Assembly: GCF_000143415.4 (NCBI RefSeq) | Contig: NW_003314275.1 | Coordinates: forward strand, 935,955 to 999,954 | Direction: 5' to 3' | DNA: 64,000 nucleotides | DNA from: Selaginella moellendorffii | Taxonomy: Eukaryota; Plantae; Lycopodiophyta | In this document: piece after piece, positions 53,057 to 63,522 of the stretch | Layout: each line of letters begins with the position of its first letter | Position numbering within the stretch: the first letter of the stretch is position 1 | Notes under the pieces: model-generated | Told to the model about the DNA's origin: nothing | Database searches by the model: none | What the model saw: only the letters and a program-made list of their open reading frames with translations | Position numbers and translations under genes: made by a program

Positions 53057-54590
53057 TCAAGGCACGCAAATGCCACCAATGTCCAGCAAGACTAACTTCA
53101 CCTTGACATTCAGCTTCTTGATGCTGTCCATGACTTCATTAACCATACCATGTTTGTCCTTTCTCTTTTCCGGATTGATGGTATCGAACCAGTCAATGGC
53201 GAACGCCGTCAGATTGAAGAGCGGTACCAGTATGCAGAAGTCGACTTGTTTCTCTTTGCTGTAGTACACTCGCAGGAAGTCCAGAGCTTTCTCAACAGCT
53301 GGCCTGAGTACCAAGGCGCGCTTCTTTGTTACGGTTACCTGATATATATTTCCATTGACAATGAAATCCCACTCTGTGTTCCTGGCTGAAGAAGGCTTAA
53401 AGAGCGCATTCTTATAGTCTAATAGAATTTGTTGCGGAAAGACAGCCTCATGTCCAGTTCCACTACGTTCTAGATGATACCTTGGAGCAACCTCTGGAAA
53501 GCTCCCTACCAAAACTGGCCCGAATTTCCCCATCTTGTTGCAGCTTCCTAAACTGTAGCTTGCCACCCCTGGGAATGAGTACATTGCAGACAAAGGTCTC
53601 TAGCAGCTTTGCCTAGATATCCAGATACCATCTGGTTGCTCCACCGACAAAAAACGCTTCAATCCTGGTAATGGGAGATTTGACAGCAGTTGCTCTTCGA
53701 CGTAGGCACTGGCAGGAGCCAAACGGCAAGATGTGAACGTGCTCTCGTCAACAATTGTATGAAACGCCTTGCGAGCTGGAGCCTGGAGCATTATAATCTT
53801 GTCAAAATCTCTCACCAGTCCAATGGCACGGCTTATCTCTGCCTGGGCTTCCGGCCACACCTTCTCCAGCACGTACCGAGGCGTACCAAGGAAGCGTTTC
53901 CTCACTTCCTCTGGATCATGTCCGAAGTTGTGCTCGTTGAGGGCCAGAAGCTCATCTTCTGTCCAGACGGGATCGAACAGCATGCGCACGTTGCCAGTCT
54001 TTGCAAACTCGTAGTAATTGGCCTTCTTCGGTGAGCACGTGAGCAAAAACCTGCAGTGCAAACTCCAAGCGCAGCTTGGTATAAACGTATCAGCCAGGTA
54101 CCACCAGGACACACCTTCACCACCGCCATTTAATGTGTTCGGGACCTCACTGTGCTTGTCCACTTTAAGCTGGTCGTTCTCCCAAGTGACAAATACGTAG
54201 TCATCCATAGTAGGGAGTTTTATGATGATGTTGCCTCTTGGCCAGCAGTTTCCATAGCGACAGCCACAAAAACCGCGTCTTCCCTATCCCTGGATTCCCC
54301 AGCAAGACTACGCCTGGATTAGGAACGTCCAAGCTCTCCGCTTCCACCTCATTGTGCTTCCACACGAGATTAAAGATGGGATCGTAGCAGCTGCGGACTA
54401 GAAGCTTTCGGTTCGGTTTCCCCGCAGACCACCAGCCTTCGCTAAGATCGTTAGGCAGATCCAAAAGCTTGGCTTGTGCGGGAGGAGCGCCTTTGTCCAC
54501 CTTGACTTGATTGCAAACTTCGACCTTCACCTGCTCTAAAGCCGTTATAACTCTTACCGGATCCGGCACAGCCATCGCCACATGATGCAT
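53057..54590 (-). pseudogene. Inverted (convergent) paralog of the CRN/RHS-type gene, frameshifted
   Basis: Same peptides (KVEVCNQVKVDKGAPPAQAK; GVVLLGNPGIGKT; IYQVTVTKKRALVL) split over three ORFs by frameshifts at ~54230 and ~53615. Confidence 0.9.
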
Positions 54591-54629
54591 CTATGGAATT
54601 TTTCTTATGCTCAGCTTTACAGTTTTTTT

Positions 54630-55622
54630 CTGCTTGGACGAGCTCCATCTTGTGCACGGCCGCGAATCATGGATCGTCTGGCCGGACACCCCCAGGCTGG
54701 AAGCATGTCGCATTGTGAACGCCAATGCCTCAGCTGTAGCCCATTCCACTCCGTCTCCCGCCTCAATGCTCACACATCCTCTCTCTATGCGGGGTAAACG
54801 GGGGAGGAAGGGTGGCGATTTTCTTGCCAACCTCTGGTTTGACACTGCAGTCAGAACACCGACACATGTAAGAAACAAAGACGAAAGACTAAACTTACCC
54901 GGTGTTTCTTAACCGTGACAACTGCTCCGGACCCGTGAAGCCCGTCCAATATCAGTCCTGTGACTTAGGAGTAGTCTTCGCTTAAAATCGCATACACTTT
55001 GTCATGGGTTTTTTTCACGGTCTCCTCACTGATCGTCATGACCACTTTCAACGAGTTTCTTCTTGACCTGCACATAAAAAAAAAAAAAAAATCCATCAAG
55101 CACTAGCAAATCGAGACAAAGTTGTGCTTACCTGGTACATTTTTGGTCGAGTGAACAATGGCTCGTCTATCTCATTGTGACCCCACAATATCCGACTTGA
55201 ACTAGCACCTCCATTCCGCGGCCAGGCATGGACGATAGCTCATCTCCATTCAGGGGAAAGATAGGAGCGTTCAAACCCTTGGAAACGTCCGTGCAGTAAG
55301 GCAAGGAGCGACTGCTCGGTGGTGTAGTTTGGAAGATCGCTCAAGTGCAGCATCACCGTGGCCAGAGAAGCTATCTCCATGAAGCAAAATCGCCATGTTC
55401 TTCTTCCTCTTGTAGTCGTCGCCACAACCGGGTCCACAGCTTCCAGGTGACTGGGATTCACAACGAACGAGAGATGGATGTGCTTCCCAGTCCTGGTCGG
55501 TCTGTTGTAGGACGTTCCTAGATGGTACTTGACATCACCACTTCCACTGTAGCCCCACCCTCGGCCTCCCAGCAAACTCGCTAAATATTTGCCATAGAGG
55601 CTTCCTATAACGTTTCCCAGTG
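54630..55622 (-). pseudogene. OGDH: Second, inverted copy of the OGDH-E1 pseudogene fragment
   Basis: [41 protein letters not shown] and GVEWATAEALAF. Shares introns and deletions with 47145-47930; its 3' piece matches 48708-48740. Confidence 0.9.
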
Positions 55623-55942
55623 CCGGTTCTTCTCCCTGCTGAAGAAGTTGCTTGAATGTTTGTGGAGCAACAACAAGCATATTAGTGACGGCATGAAGAT
55701 TTCGAACAGAACGATGTCACTATGAGAGCAATGCTGATTGAGCGAGTGCGTTCAGAGGATGTTGTGAAGGTGAAAAATTCTCAAATAACAGTTGCAACTC
55801 TCCAACAATTCAGTCTTTGGCGACAGAGATGAGCATCTTCCGTCAGATGGTGAACTGCCGGTATCTTGTTGATGACATTCTGATTCACGGTTCAAATCTC
55901 GGTGACGATATTGGAGAAGGTACTGGACATTTGACAGGACGG

Positions 55943-56283
55943 TGACAGTGGGCTTCTTCTGAAGGAATGGAAGTTGATTCTTCCAAAGCTTTTTGCTTGG
56001 CTTCAGCAAGATCTTCATCAGCAGACTTCTTGTTCCTCTCTTGGACAGCCTTGCTAGCCCTGAAGAAAGCAACATCTTTCTGGAAAGCAGATCTCCTTTC
56101 ACCAACCAACTTTCCAAGTTCAGCTTTAACCAAAGGCTCGTCATCAGAAGAAATTCCCTCAAGAGAAGTTTAAACAATATGCCCCAACCTGGTATCAAAT
56201 AAGGAGAGAGCAGCATCAGGAGAGATTAATTGCTGGTGGATCTTCTCATCCTTCAACACAGCCTTGGGAGTCTTGATTCAAAG
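55943..56283. repeat. Direct repeat (~340-380 bp), second copy at ~59691-60071
   Basis: ggcttcttctgaaggaatggaagttgat...agccttgctagccctgaagaaagcaacatctt...caatatgccccaacctggtatcaaataagg...ccttcaacacagcctt occurs at both sites. Confidence 0.9.
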
Positions 56284-58189
56284 CAATCTAGGTATCTCAC
56301 CCTTGACAAGTTTAGCTTGCAAAGTTTGATAACCATGAGTATCAACGTTCATGCATTCACACGTGTGATTTTCAGAGTAGTTATTGATAGAAGCCTGTAA
56401 GAGAGCATTACTTTGCTTCTCTCTGTCAAAAGCTTCTTTCTCAGCAGTTAAAAGTTTTTGCAAGTTCAAAATTTAAACTTCTAACTTTTGCATACAAACG
56501 GCAGAACTAGTTGTTCTTTAATTTGATCATGAGTTGAAGCTTATGTCTCATGCTGAGAACCAGGAGGAACGACACACTCCATTGTCTGGCATGATTTTCA
56601 TGCTGCGAACTACGAGTGGCAACTCACTCCATTGTCCGAGCATTCTTTTCATCTTCATTCTCAGTATTCAGTTCATTTGTTGCCATCAAAGACTCAAAGT
56701 AACCTTCATCATAGAGTTTTCTTGTCACATGATTTAATTCCTGTTCATCCAGTGAATCTACTACTGATTTCAAGCGTGACAAAATATTTTCCAGGTTTCC
56801 AAAGCTGGTTCTGTGAAGGTTGAGAAGTTTATGGAAGTGGAGAGATACTCCCATGTCATGCACATCAGCTCCACTGTATCTATTAGAGTAAAAAAAAAAA
56901 CCTTTTTTTTTCTTTTTTTTTCTGCCAGTTGCAAGACAGCTTAACTTCGTGGGACACTCTTCGTGCCGCTTTGCCAGTGGAACGGTCGGTGGAGCTCCAA
57001 AGGTAAGCATTGCTGACCATATGTCATTACTATTATCAAATTCTCAATATCATCCAGGTAAAAGCCTTGCAAATAATGGACAGGCACACGGTGAGGCCCG
57101 TACAGTGGTGGAATTGGAGGGATCGTATTCAATGGTGGCATGGATATTGCTCTTGCACTTAGGACGATGGTATTCCCAACATCATCATCATCACAAAGTG
57201 CCACTAAGTGCGACATGAATGGTCAGTTCATCTCCAATCTGGAGCCGGCGCAGTGGCAAACTCGGACCCAGTATATTGAAATAGTGAATAAAGCGGCTGG
57301 TTTGGGACGGGCCATTGATCTTGTTGAAGCAGCTTTTGATGAATCCAAGCAAGTGACAAGAGTTGCAGCTTCTTCCAATTTTACTGTAAGCTGCTTTCTT
57401 TCTCGTTTTCCTTTTTAATTTTTCTTTTTTCTGACTAATGCTGATTTAAATTTGACTGTTCATTCTAAATGAACCATCGAGCGCATTGCAGAGAGGGCAA
57501 CTCCTGTGGGAGATGCCTGTCAGCCAGCTGAAATTGAAATCAAACCCTCAAAAGTTCCAAGTTCCTGTGAAAAACCATGACGTTTATGATGTTGGATATA
57601 TATATATATATATATTCTGCCATCGAGCAGCTGCTTCAATTCAATTATTGAACAGAAGGGGACATACCTGATTTAAGAAAGAGCCGCACTCCCAGATTTC
57701 ATCTTCCTGATCCTGTTCTTCCTGAAAGCGGTGGCGCTGACAGGTTAAGAAAAAAAAACAAATATACATCAAAGACTTGGATTAGATTCCTGGGTCAGAA
57801 GCAAAAAATGGTATAACAAAATGCAACTTGCTCAGGTTCATCAATCGTCAATTATGTACATTGTTGATTCATACATTCATGAGCGGTCATAGCCTGTTCC
57901 CTTTTCCTACTTATTTCTCCCTAGCAAAACTCCACACAGCTTGAAAGAGGGCGGAGAGAAAATGAGAAAATATCGTATATTCTCATAACCGAGGGAAAGG
58001 TATATAACCCGAATATACCCTAAATCATGAGACCGCAAAGCCAATTAGATTCGTTTCTCAAGTGGGAAGCTATCAACACAGCTTTATTGATGTGTAAAAC
58101 TCCCGGTTCCCCAGTATCCTCTGCAACTAAGAAAAGAAAAAGAAGGAAGAATTAGCAAGAATTAACAACGAAAAGAATTGAATAAGATC

Positions 58190-58820
58190 TACCTGAGCCT
58201 TAAGCAACACCTCCTCATAGCCCCGTGCCTGCTTCTTTGCGCATCACAACACTGTGAGAGCATATTTGTCCTCAACGTTCACATCTTTGGCATTGTCCAC
58301 AAGCACTTTGAAAGTGCCTAGGGGTACCATGGAATGGACCGCTTCAATGAGTGGAACCCGACCTGCAGAATCTGCCTCGCATGGGTCTGCTCCCGCCTGC
58401 AGCAAAGCTCGCACCAGTTCATCATCCTTCACATCCAAAGCCTTGTTGAAATTCTCAACGCATATCGGACCTGTTGAAGGAACCTGCTGCAGTACCGGGC
58501 CATGGGCAACCAAAACCGGCCAAAAGCCGCGAGCATCTAAAAGGAAAAGAAACGAAAACAAAACAATATCAATCAGAAGCACACCTTTTAAATCTTTGTC
58601 TGCACCTTCATCAAGAAGCCACCCGATCATGTTACCGTTTCTCACCCTGCAAGCTTCCACCTAAAGAACAAAACTGAGCGTGCGTTCAGCGTGCAAACAT
58701 ATGACAACTTACCAAGGCCACATGTAAACTTCTTCACGTCGTCAAGGTTGTCAGCACAAGCAGCATCACAGAGCAGTTGAAGAATCTCATCGTCAAACAG
58801 GCCTGTGTAGGTCCCCATGC
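58190..58820 (-). pseudogene. Ankyrin-repeat gene with short introns, in-frame TGA at 58244
   Basis: LCDAACADNLDDVKKF | EACRVRNGNMIGWLLDEGADKD | ELVRALLQAGADPCEADSAGRVPLIEAV...VLVDNAKDVNVEDKYALTVL*. Confidence 0.75.
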
Positions 58821-58869
58821 TGCAACAGAGATCAGTCACGCGAGTTGATGACTGACAAAACATGATTTA

Positions 58870-59350
58870 CCTCGAATTTGGTAAGGGTGAAGCAAAAGTA
58901 AACCCGACAACCAGGAAGACCAGGACCAAGGTCCACGTACTCCGGCTTGTTCAAGAGCTCATGCTCCACCTTTCCACCTATCAGTTTGAAGGTGTGAACC
59001 TCATCAAACTTCTTCGCGTGCTTGACCGAGTCATCAGCTAGAAGAATTACAGTCTCGGTGCAATGGTCGGAGGTGATGTACTCTCTGCATGTCTTCATCG
59101 TTGTCGGCAGATCATCTGAGGCACCCAGAAGCTCAACGACTACTGCAGCGTTGGGCGGAAGAATTTTGCCGGCGACGTTCGGCCTGTCAAGGATGACAAA
59201 GCAATCCGGCGGCAAGCCGTTTAGAGGACTTCGCTGCTACTGAGCGAAAGAATGTCAAGTCAGGGTCTGAGAATGGCGCGAGTTTCAACATGTTGGGCGT
59301 GGAGTAAAGCCTTCGGATCTGCAATGGGCGCTTCTCCTTTTGCAGCCGAA
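58870..59350 (-). pseudogene. Uma2/DUF820-like restriction-endonuclease-fold domain, disrupted at its N-terminus
   Basis: NGLPPDCFVIL...PNAAVVVELLGASDDLPTTMKTCREY...VILL...EVHTF...E..NKPEYVDLGPGLPGCRV matches the Uma2 pattern PD...P.fVvEl.S.SD.l.....KmxeY...lpGf. Stop at 59260 and a frameshift near 59225. Confidence 0.65.
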
Positions 59351-60187
59351 GTGATTGCTCGTGGATTAGGGCCTGTTAGGGTTCTAAGGGCGCGAGAACA
59401 AGGCGGCGGTGCAAGTAGTTCAAGGGGTGCAAGGGTTGCAGCAGCCAGGAACTCTTTAGTTCCCTTCTTCTCCTCTCTTCCCTCTTCACCAAAAAACAAA
59501 ATGGAGAAAATGGAAAAACAATGGAAGAGGAGAATCGGAATGGAAAATGTGATCGGAGTGTGGAGCTCAAGACTGATGTTGAACGATTCGAGAAATCCCT
59601 TGGGCCTGGATCCCCTTATGTATCTAGACGGGCGTTTGGGGAGACGACTCATCATGGTTGATGATGTGGCAGTTGACTCATCTCTCGTCAGTGACAATGG
59701 CTTCTTCTGAAGGAATGGAAGTTGATCCCTCCAAAGCTCTTTGGTTGGCTTCAGCAAAAGCTTCATCAACAGACTTCTTGTTCCTCTCTTGGTTAGCCTT
59801 GCTAGCCCTGAAGAAAGCAACATCTTGCTAGAAACACTTTCCAAAAGAAATTCCCACAAGAGAAAGCAATATGCCCCAACCTGGTATCAAATAAGGAAAG
59901 AGCAGCATCAGGAGAGATTAATTGCTGGTAGTGCACGACTTCCTCTTGTCTTGCTGCGATCATGATTCTGGTCACCTCAAAAAGATGCTTGTGATGAAGA
60001 TTAGCAATCTTGGCATTGCAAGCTTTTTGGATCTTATCCTTCAACACAGCCTTAGGAGTCTTGATACAAAGACATTCAACAAAAGTCTCTAACATTGCAA
60101 AAAGGAGTGCAATTAAGACATTTATCCTCCTCTTTGTCATTGGCCTCTTGGCCAACAAGTGCCATGCTCAAGATCAAAGAGTTAATT

Positions 60188-60700
60188 GCTCTGATACCAT
60201 GAAAGCAACAGAGACATGTGCACATGGGGAAGAATAACTCTCTATATATCACTGTATATGAATGGGGACATAGATATAGAAATTACTGCCACGTGGGCAT
60301 AACTATACATGCCATATCAGCTCTACCTCCATCTGCCACTATCTTGGCATAATGAGCATTGCCATGAGTCTTGAGGATTGCACCAAAGTTGTCCTGAGTG
60401 TGCACCACAAGAGAATTCCTGTGAATGTGATCTCGTCTGGAAAAAGGAGAGGGCGATGGAGTTGCCACTGAGACTTTTGAAATCTTCCTGTGTCCTTTCC
60501 CCTTGAGTTGGACATGGTGAAAATTGCGTGGCAGCATGTTACTGCTGATAGAAGCATCGCCCTTGGACAGAGAGTTTCTCTCTCAAACATAGATTCTACT
60601 TCCTCGAGGGAGGCATTAAACCACCATTCATTTAGAATGGTGTTGCAAGTTTTTCTCTGTCAGTGCTGTGGCCAATAAGTTGATTTGTATGTTATGTACA
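60188..60700 (-). mobile_element. Probable 5' LTR (60200-~60700) with tRNA-iMet primer-binding site
   Basis: Exact TGGTATCAGAGC at 60188-60199 on the minus strand, directly after ...GCTTTCA. Candidate LTR start TGTACATAAC at 60700. No partner LTR seen in the window. Confidence 0.6.
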
Positions 60701-60774
60701 TCCTAGAAGAGAACTCAACCAAGCGAAGCTCGCTTCCAAGAAGAAAGAAAAAAAAAACAAGAAATTAGCAAAAG

Positions 60775-61717
60775 CCTACTGTGGTTGCACGCCATGACTG
60801 TGCTCTCCCGCGTCAGTTGTTGGATCGTCCAGGCACCGCTCTACGTGCTTTCTCGCGGGACAGCCTCTCAAGCTGCTGCATTTGTAGTAGCCCCTGCAAG
60901 AAGACCCAAGCTTGTTTATACTTGTTCTTCACTAAAGAAAAAGAGAAAACGAGAGAATTTTGTCATCTAAGAGCTTACCTTGGATGCGGAGAGCCTTTGA
61001 TCGGCTTCTGACCATATTTTCTCTCGTCTTGGGGAATGTCAGCGATTTTGTTGCTGACGGCAGGCACGTTGATCACTCGCTTGACTCACTTTCTGGAAGC
61101 AAGAGCAAGAGATGAGCGTGCCACAACCTAAAAACATTTTTTTCTACGAAAGAGAGTGAACTTTTTACTGACCTGGTGCGCTTGAAGCAATGGCACTTGC
61201 CAACGCTTCAACACTTGTCGAGAATGCTCGCGGCCGAGCATTTCTCCACGAGGAACCGGCTTGAAAATGGTCCCATTGGTGACGCTGTTCTCCAAAAGCC
61301 CGCCGTTTGTGGCGCTCCCCGGGGACGAGATGAACGATCTGGACGACGAAGGTGGCGGGCTGGAGCTCATGGAATTATCGGAGCTGAAGCACATCGATCC
61401 AAGAGCGAGCTCCGTCCCAGCTGCTGGCTCTTCTTTGGCGAGTTTCTGAATGCTCGCCGGCTGCTCGTCCTTGGAGGAGTGATTCACCAGGAAACCGAGG
61501 TTGTGTTGGCCCTTTCCTGAGACGAGCGTGCCCAGTCCGACACAAGAGCGAATTCACCCTTTTGAACTGCAACATTGCCGAGGACGCTGCGAGGGTGTAA
61601 CACCGGAGGCTTGTCTCTGGATAGAATGTCGATCAATCGATGGACGTTCTCCATGCCAGCTTTTGCCGCTCCTTGGACATAGTGATCCCTGGTATGGCTA
61701 TGGCTGCCGCCACACAT
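60775..61717 (-). pseudogene. WRKY: Group IId WRKY transcription factor pseudogene
   Basis: VQGAAKAGMENVHRLI, FKRVNSLLCRTGHARLRKGP (HARF-like), KCHC Zn cluster, [34 protein letters not shown]|[28 protein letters not shown] is missing from the WRKYGQK context; frameshifts. Confidence 0.88.
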
Positions 61718-61796
61718 GCACCGGTCCGTTTAGGGCACCACCCATTTTTTTTGTTTATTTTTCTGTTCTTATTTTTTATAATTTAGGGTCTGGGCG

Positions 61797-62903
61797 ATGG
61801 ACACGGCCATGCTCCAGCTGTGGAGGATGCTCCTCCTCGCCGCGCTAGCGGCGCTCCAAGCCCTGGCCTGGGAATTGGAGAGGAGCAGCGGCGGCGGCGA
61901 TCGGGCGGAGCCGGCATCGTTCTACTTCACGGATTTCGAGGATAATCTCCAGGATCTCAGCTTGCTCGGCGACGCCAAGTTCGTGCGAATCGAGGGCCAG
62001 GCGGATGGAATGGCGGTGCAGCTCTCCGGCACGCGCCAGAACACCGTAGGTAGGCTGCTCTACAGTATCCCTGTCAACATGCTCGATCTATCCAACAATC
62101 CGGCCTCCTTCTCCACATTCTTCGAGTTCTCCATGGCCGCCTTCGCCGGCGATGGCCTCGCGTTCGTCATCGTCCCCGACAAGATCTCCATCGGCGCCAG
62201 CGGCCCCTGGCTGGGATTGGTGAAAGAGGACGAGATCTCCAACCGGACGGCTATGGCGCCTCACACATTCGCGGTGGAGTTTGACAGCGTCATGAACATG
62301 GAACTCCGGGATCCAAACAGCAACCACGTCGGCCTGGATGTGGAAACCATCGTCTCCACCGTCACTGCCAATGCCTCCGACATTGGATTGATCCTCAACG
62401 ATGGCTCCAGGACCTTCGCGTGGATCCAGTTCGATGGATCGAGCAGCGAGCTAGACGTGAGGATCAGCAAGGATAGGAACTCCAGGCCGACGAAGCCGCT
62501 GCTCTCGCACAAGCTAGATCTCAAATCAGTGCTCCGGCCGTGGATGTACGTGGGTTTTAGCTCCTCCACCGGCGAGGCCTCGCAGAAGCACAAGGTGTTC
62601 TCCTGGAAGTTCTCCAGCGGCGGAAGTTCTTCCCCGAGTTCTTCAAGCCGGAGGAGGTGGCGAAATGAGATACTCCTACAGGGGATTCACTCGCTCCCGG
62701 CGAATCCATTATCCCCCTCGGTCGCAAAAGAGGGAGAGGACGGATCATCAGAAGCCCCCCAGGTTTTGGATGATCACACTAGCAGCTTGGTGATTTTGGT
62801 GGTGGGATTTACGTGTGGAGCGAGCGTTACGTTGTTTTTGCTTGCTGGTTGGGCTTTGATGCGTTCCAGATTTGATCACGATGCATATCAGGAGATCAAT
62901 TAA
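61797..62903 (+). CDS. Legume (L-type) lectin receptor-like protein: signal peptide, lectin domain, TM helix, no kinase
   Basis: GRLLYSIPV, ASFSTFFEFSM, GDGLAFVIVP, FAVEFDS, NSNHVGLDV, MYVGFSSSTG. TM LVILVVGFTCGASVTLFLLAGWAL; short cytosolic tail. Single exon. Confidence 0.92.
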   Translation: MDTAMLQLWRMLLLAALAALQALAWELERSSGGGDRAEPASFYFTDFEDNLQDLSLLGDAKFVRIEGQADGMAVQLSGTRQNTVGRLLYSIPVNMLDLSNNPASFSTFFEFSMAAFAGDGLAFVIVPDKISIGASGPWLGLVKEDEISNRTAMAPHTFAVEFDSVMNMELRDPNSNHVGLDVETIVSTVTANASDIGLILNDGSRTFAWIQFDGSSSELDVRISKDRNSRPTKPLLSHKLDLKSVLRPWMYVGFSSSTGEASQKHKVFSWKFSSGGSSSPSSSSRRRWRNEILLQGIHSLPANPLSPSVAKEGEDGSSEAPQVLDDHTSSLVILVVGFTCGASVTLFLLAGWALMRSRFDHDAYQEIN

Positions 62904-63426
62904 CAGGCAACCTCAGCAATCTACTATGCAAGAAAGTCAATGTAGAGGTAAAGTCACATAGAGGTATGCTCTGCCTTATATATATATTCTTGTGTGGGAT
63001 GGTTCTTTTTCTTCTTCTTCCAAGTTTTGTTCGTTTTCTTCTTCTTTTTTTTTTTCCTTTTTTCCTATATTCTTTTCCTAGCCGGTTACCAAGTCAGTAT
63101 AATAGTTTTAATTCTTTTTAGAGGAGGCAAAAAGAAGGATTTTTACTCTCTTTTTTTCTATTTTCGAAGATCTTTTCTCTTGGCGTGTTTTTTCAAGCTA
63201 GAAGGCTCTGTAAATTATATCTACAATATAAGAATGTCCGTACTATTATGAATTGGTTCCGCATTTTCTCCGTACTTGTCGTTCGAACGAATCTGATTTT
63301 AGCATATGCTAGCATATACGCTTTTCGTGACCTAAAAAAGACGCTTTCGATCTGACGGTGGCCATGCATCCAACGGTTGTGAGCCGCTCCAGCGAGGATT
63401 TACATTGTGCGGCGCGCTCCAGTGCG

Positions 63427-63434
63427 TAGGGTTT
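63427..63434. promoter_or_regulatory. Telo-box (TAGGGTTT) upstream of eEF2
   Basis: Reverse complement of AAACCCTA ~90 bp before the ATG. Telo-boxes are typical of plant translation-machinery promoters. Confidence 0.55.
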
Positions 63435-63522
63435 CTTGGCGGTCGTAGGCGGCGGCGGCAGAGGCTAGGCGGCCGGATTTTCCTCTCCTTAGCAGCGCGA
63501 GCGATCTCAATCGCCTGCCAAG

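Noticed and set aside
62994-63251. 85-aa Phe-rich ORF
   Set aside because: Artefact of T-rich 3'UTR/intergenic sequence.
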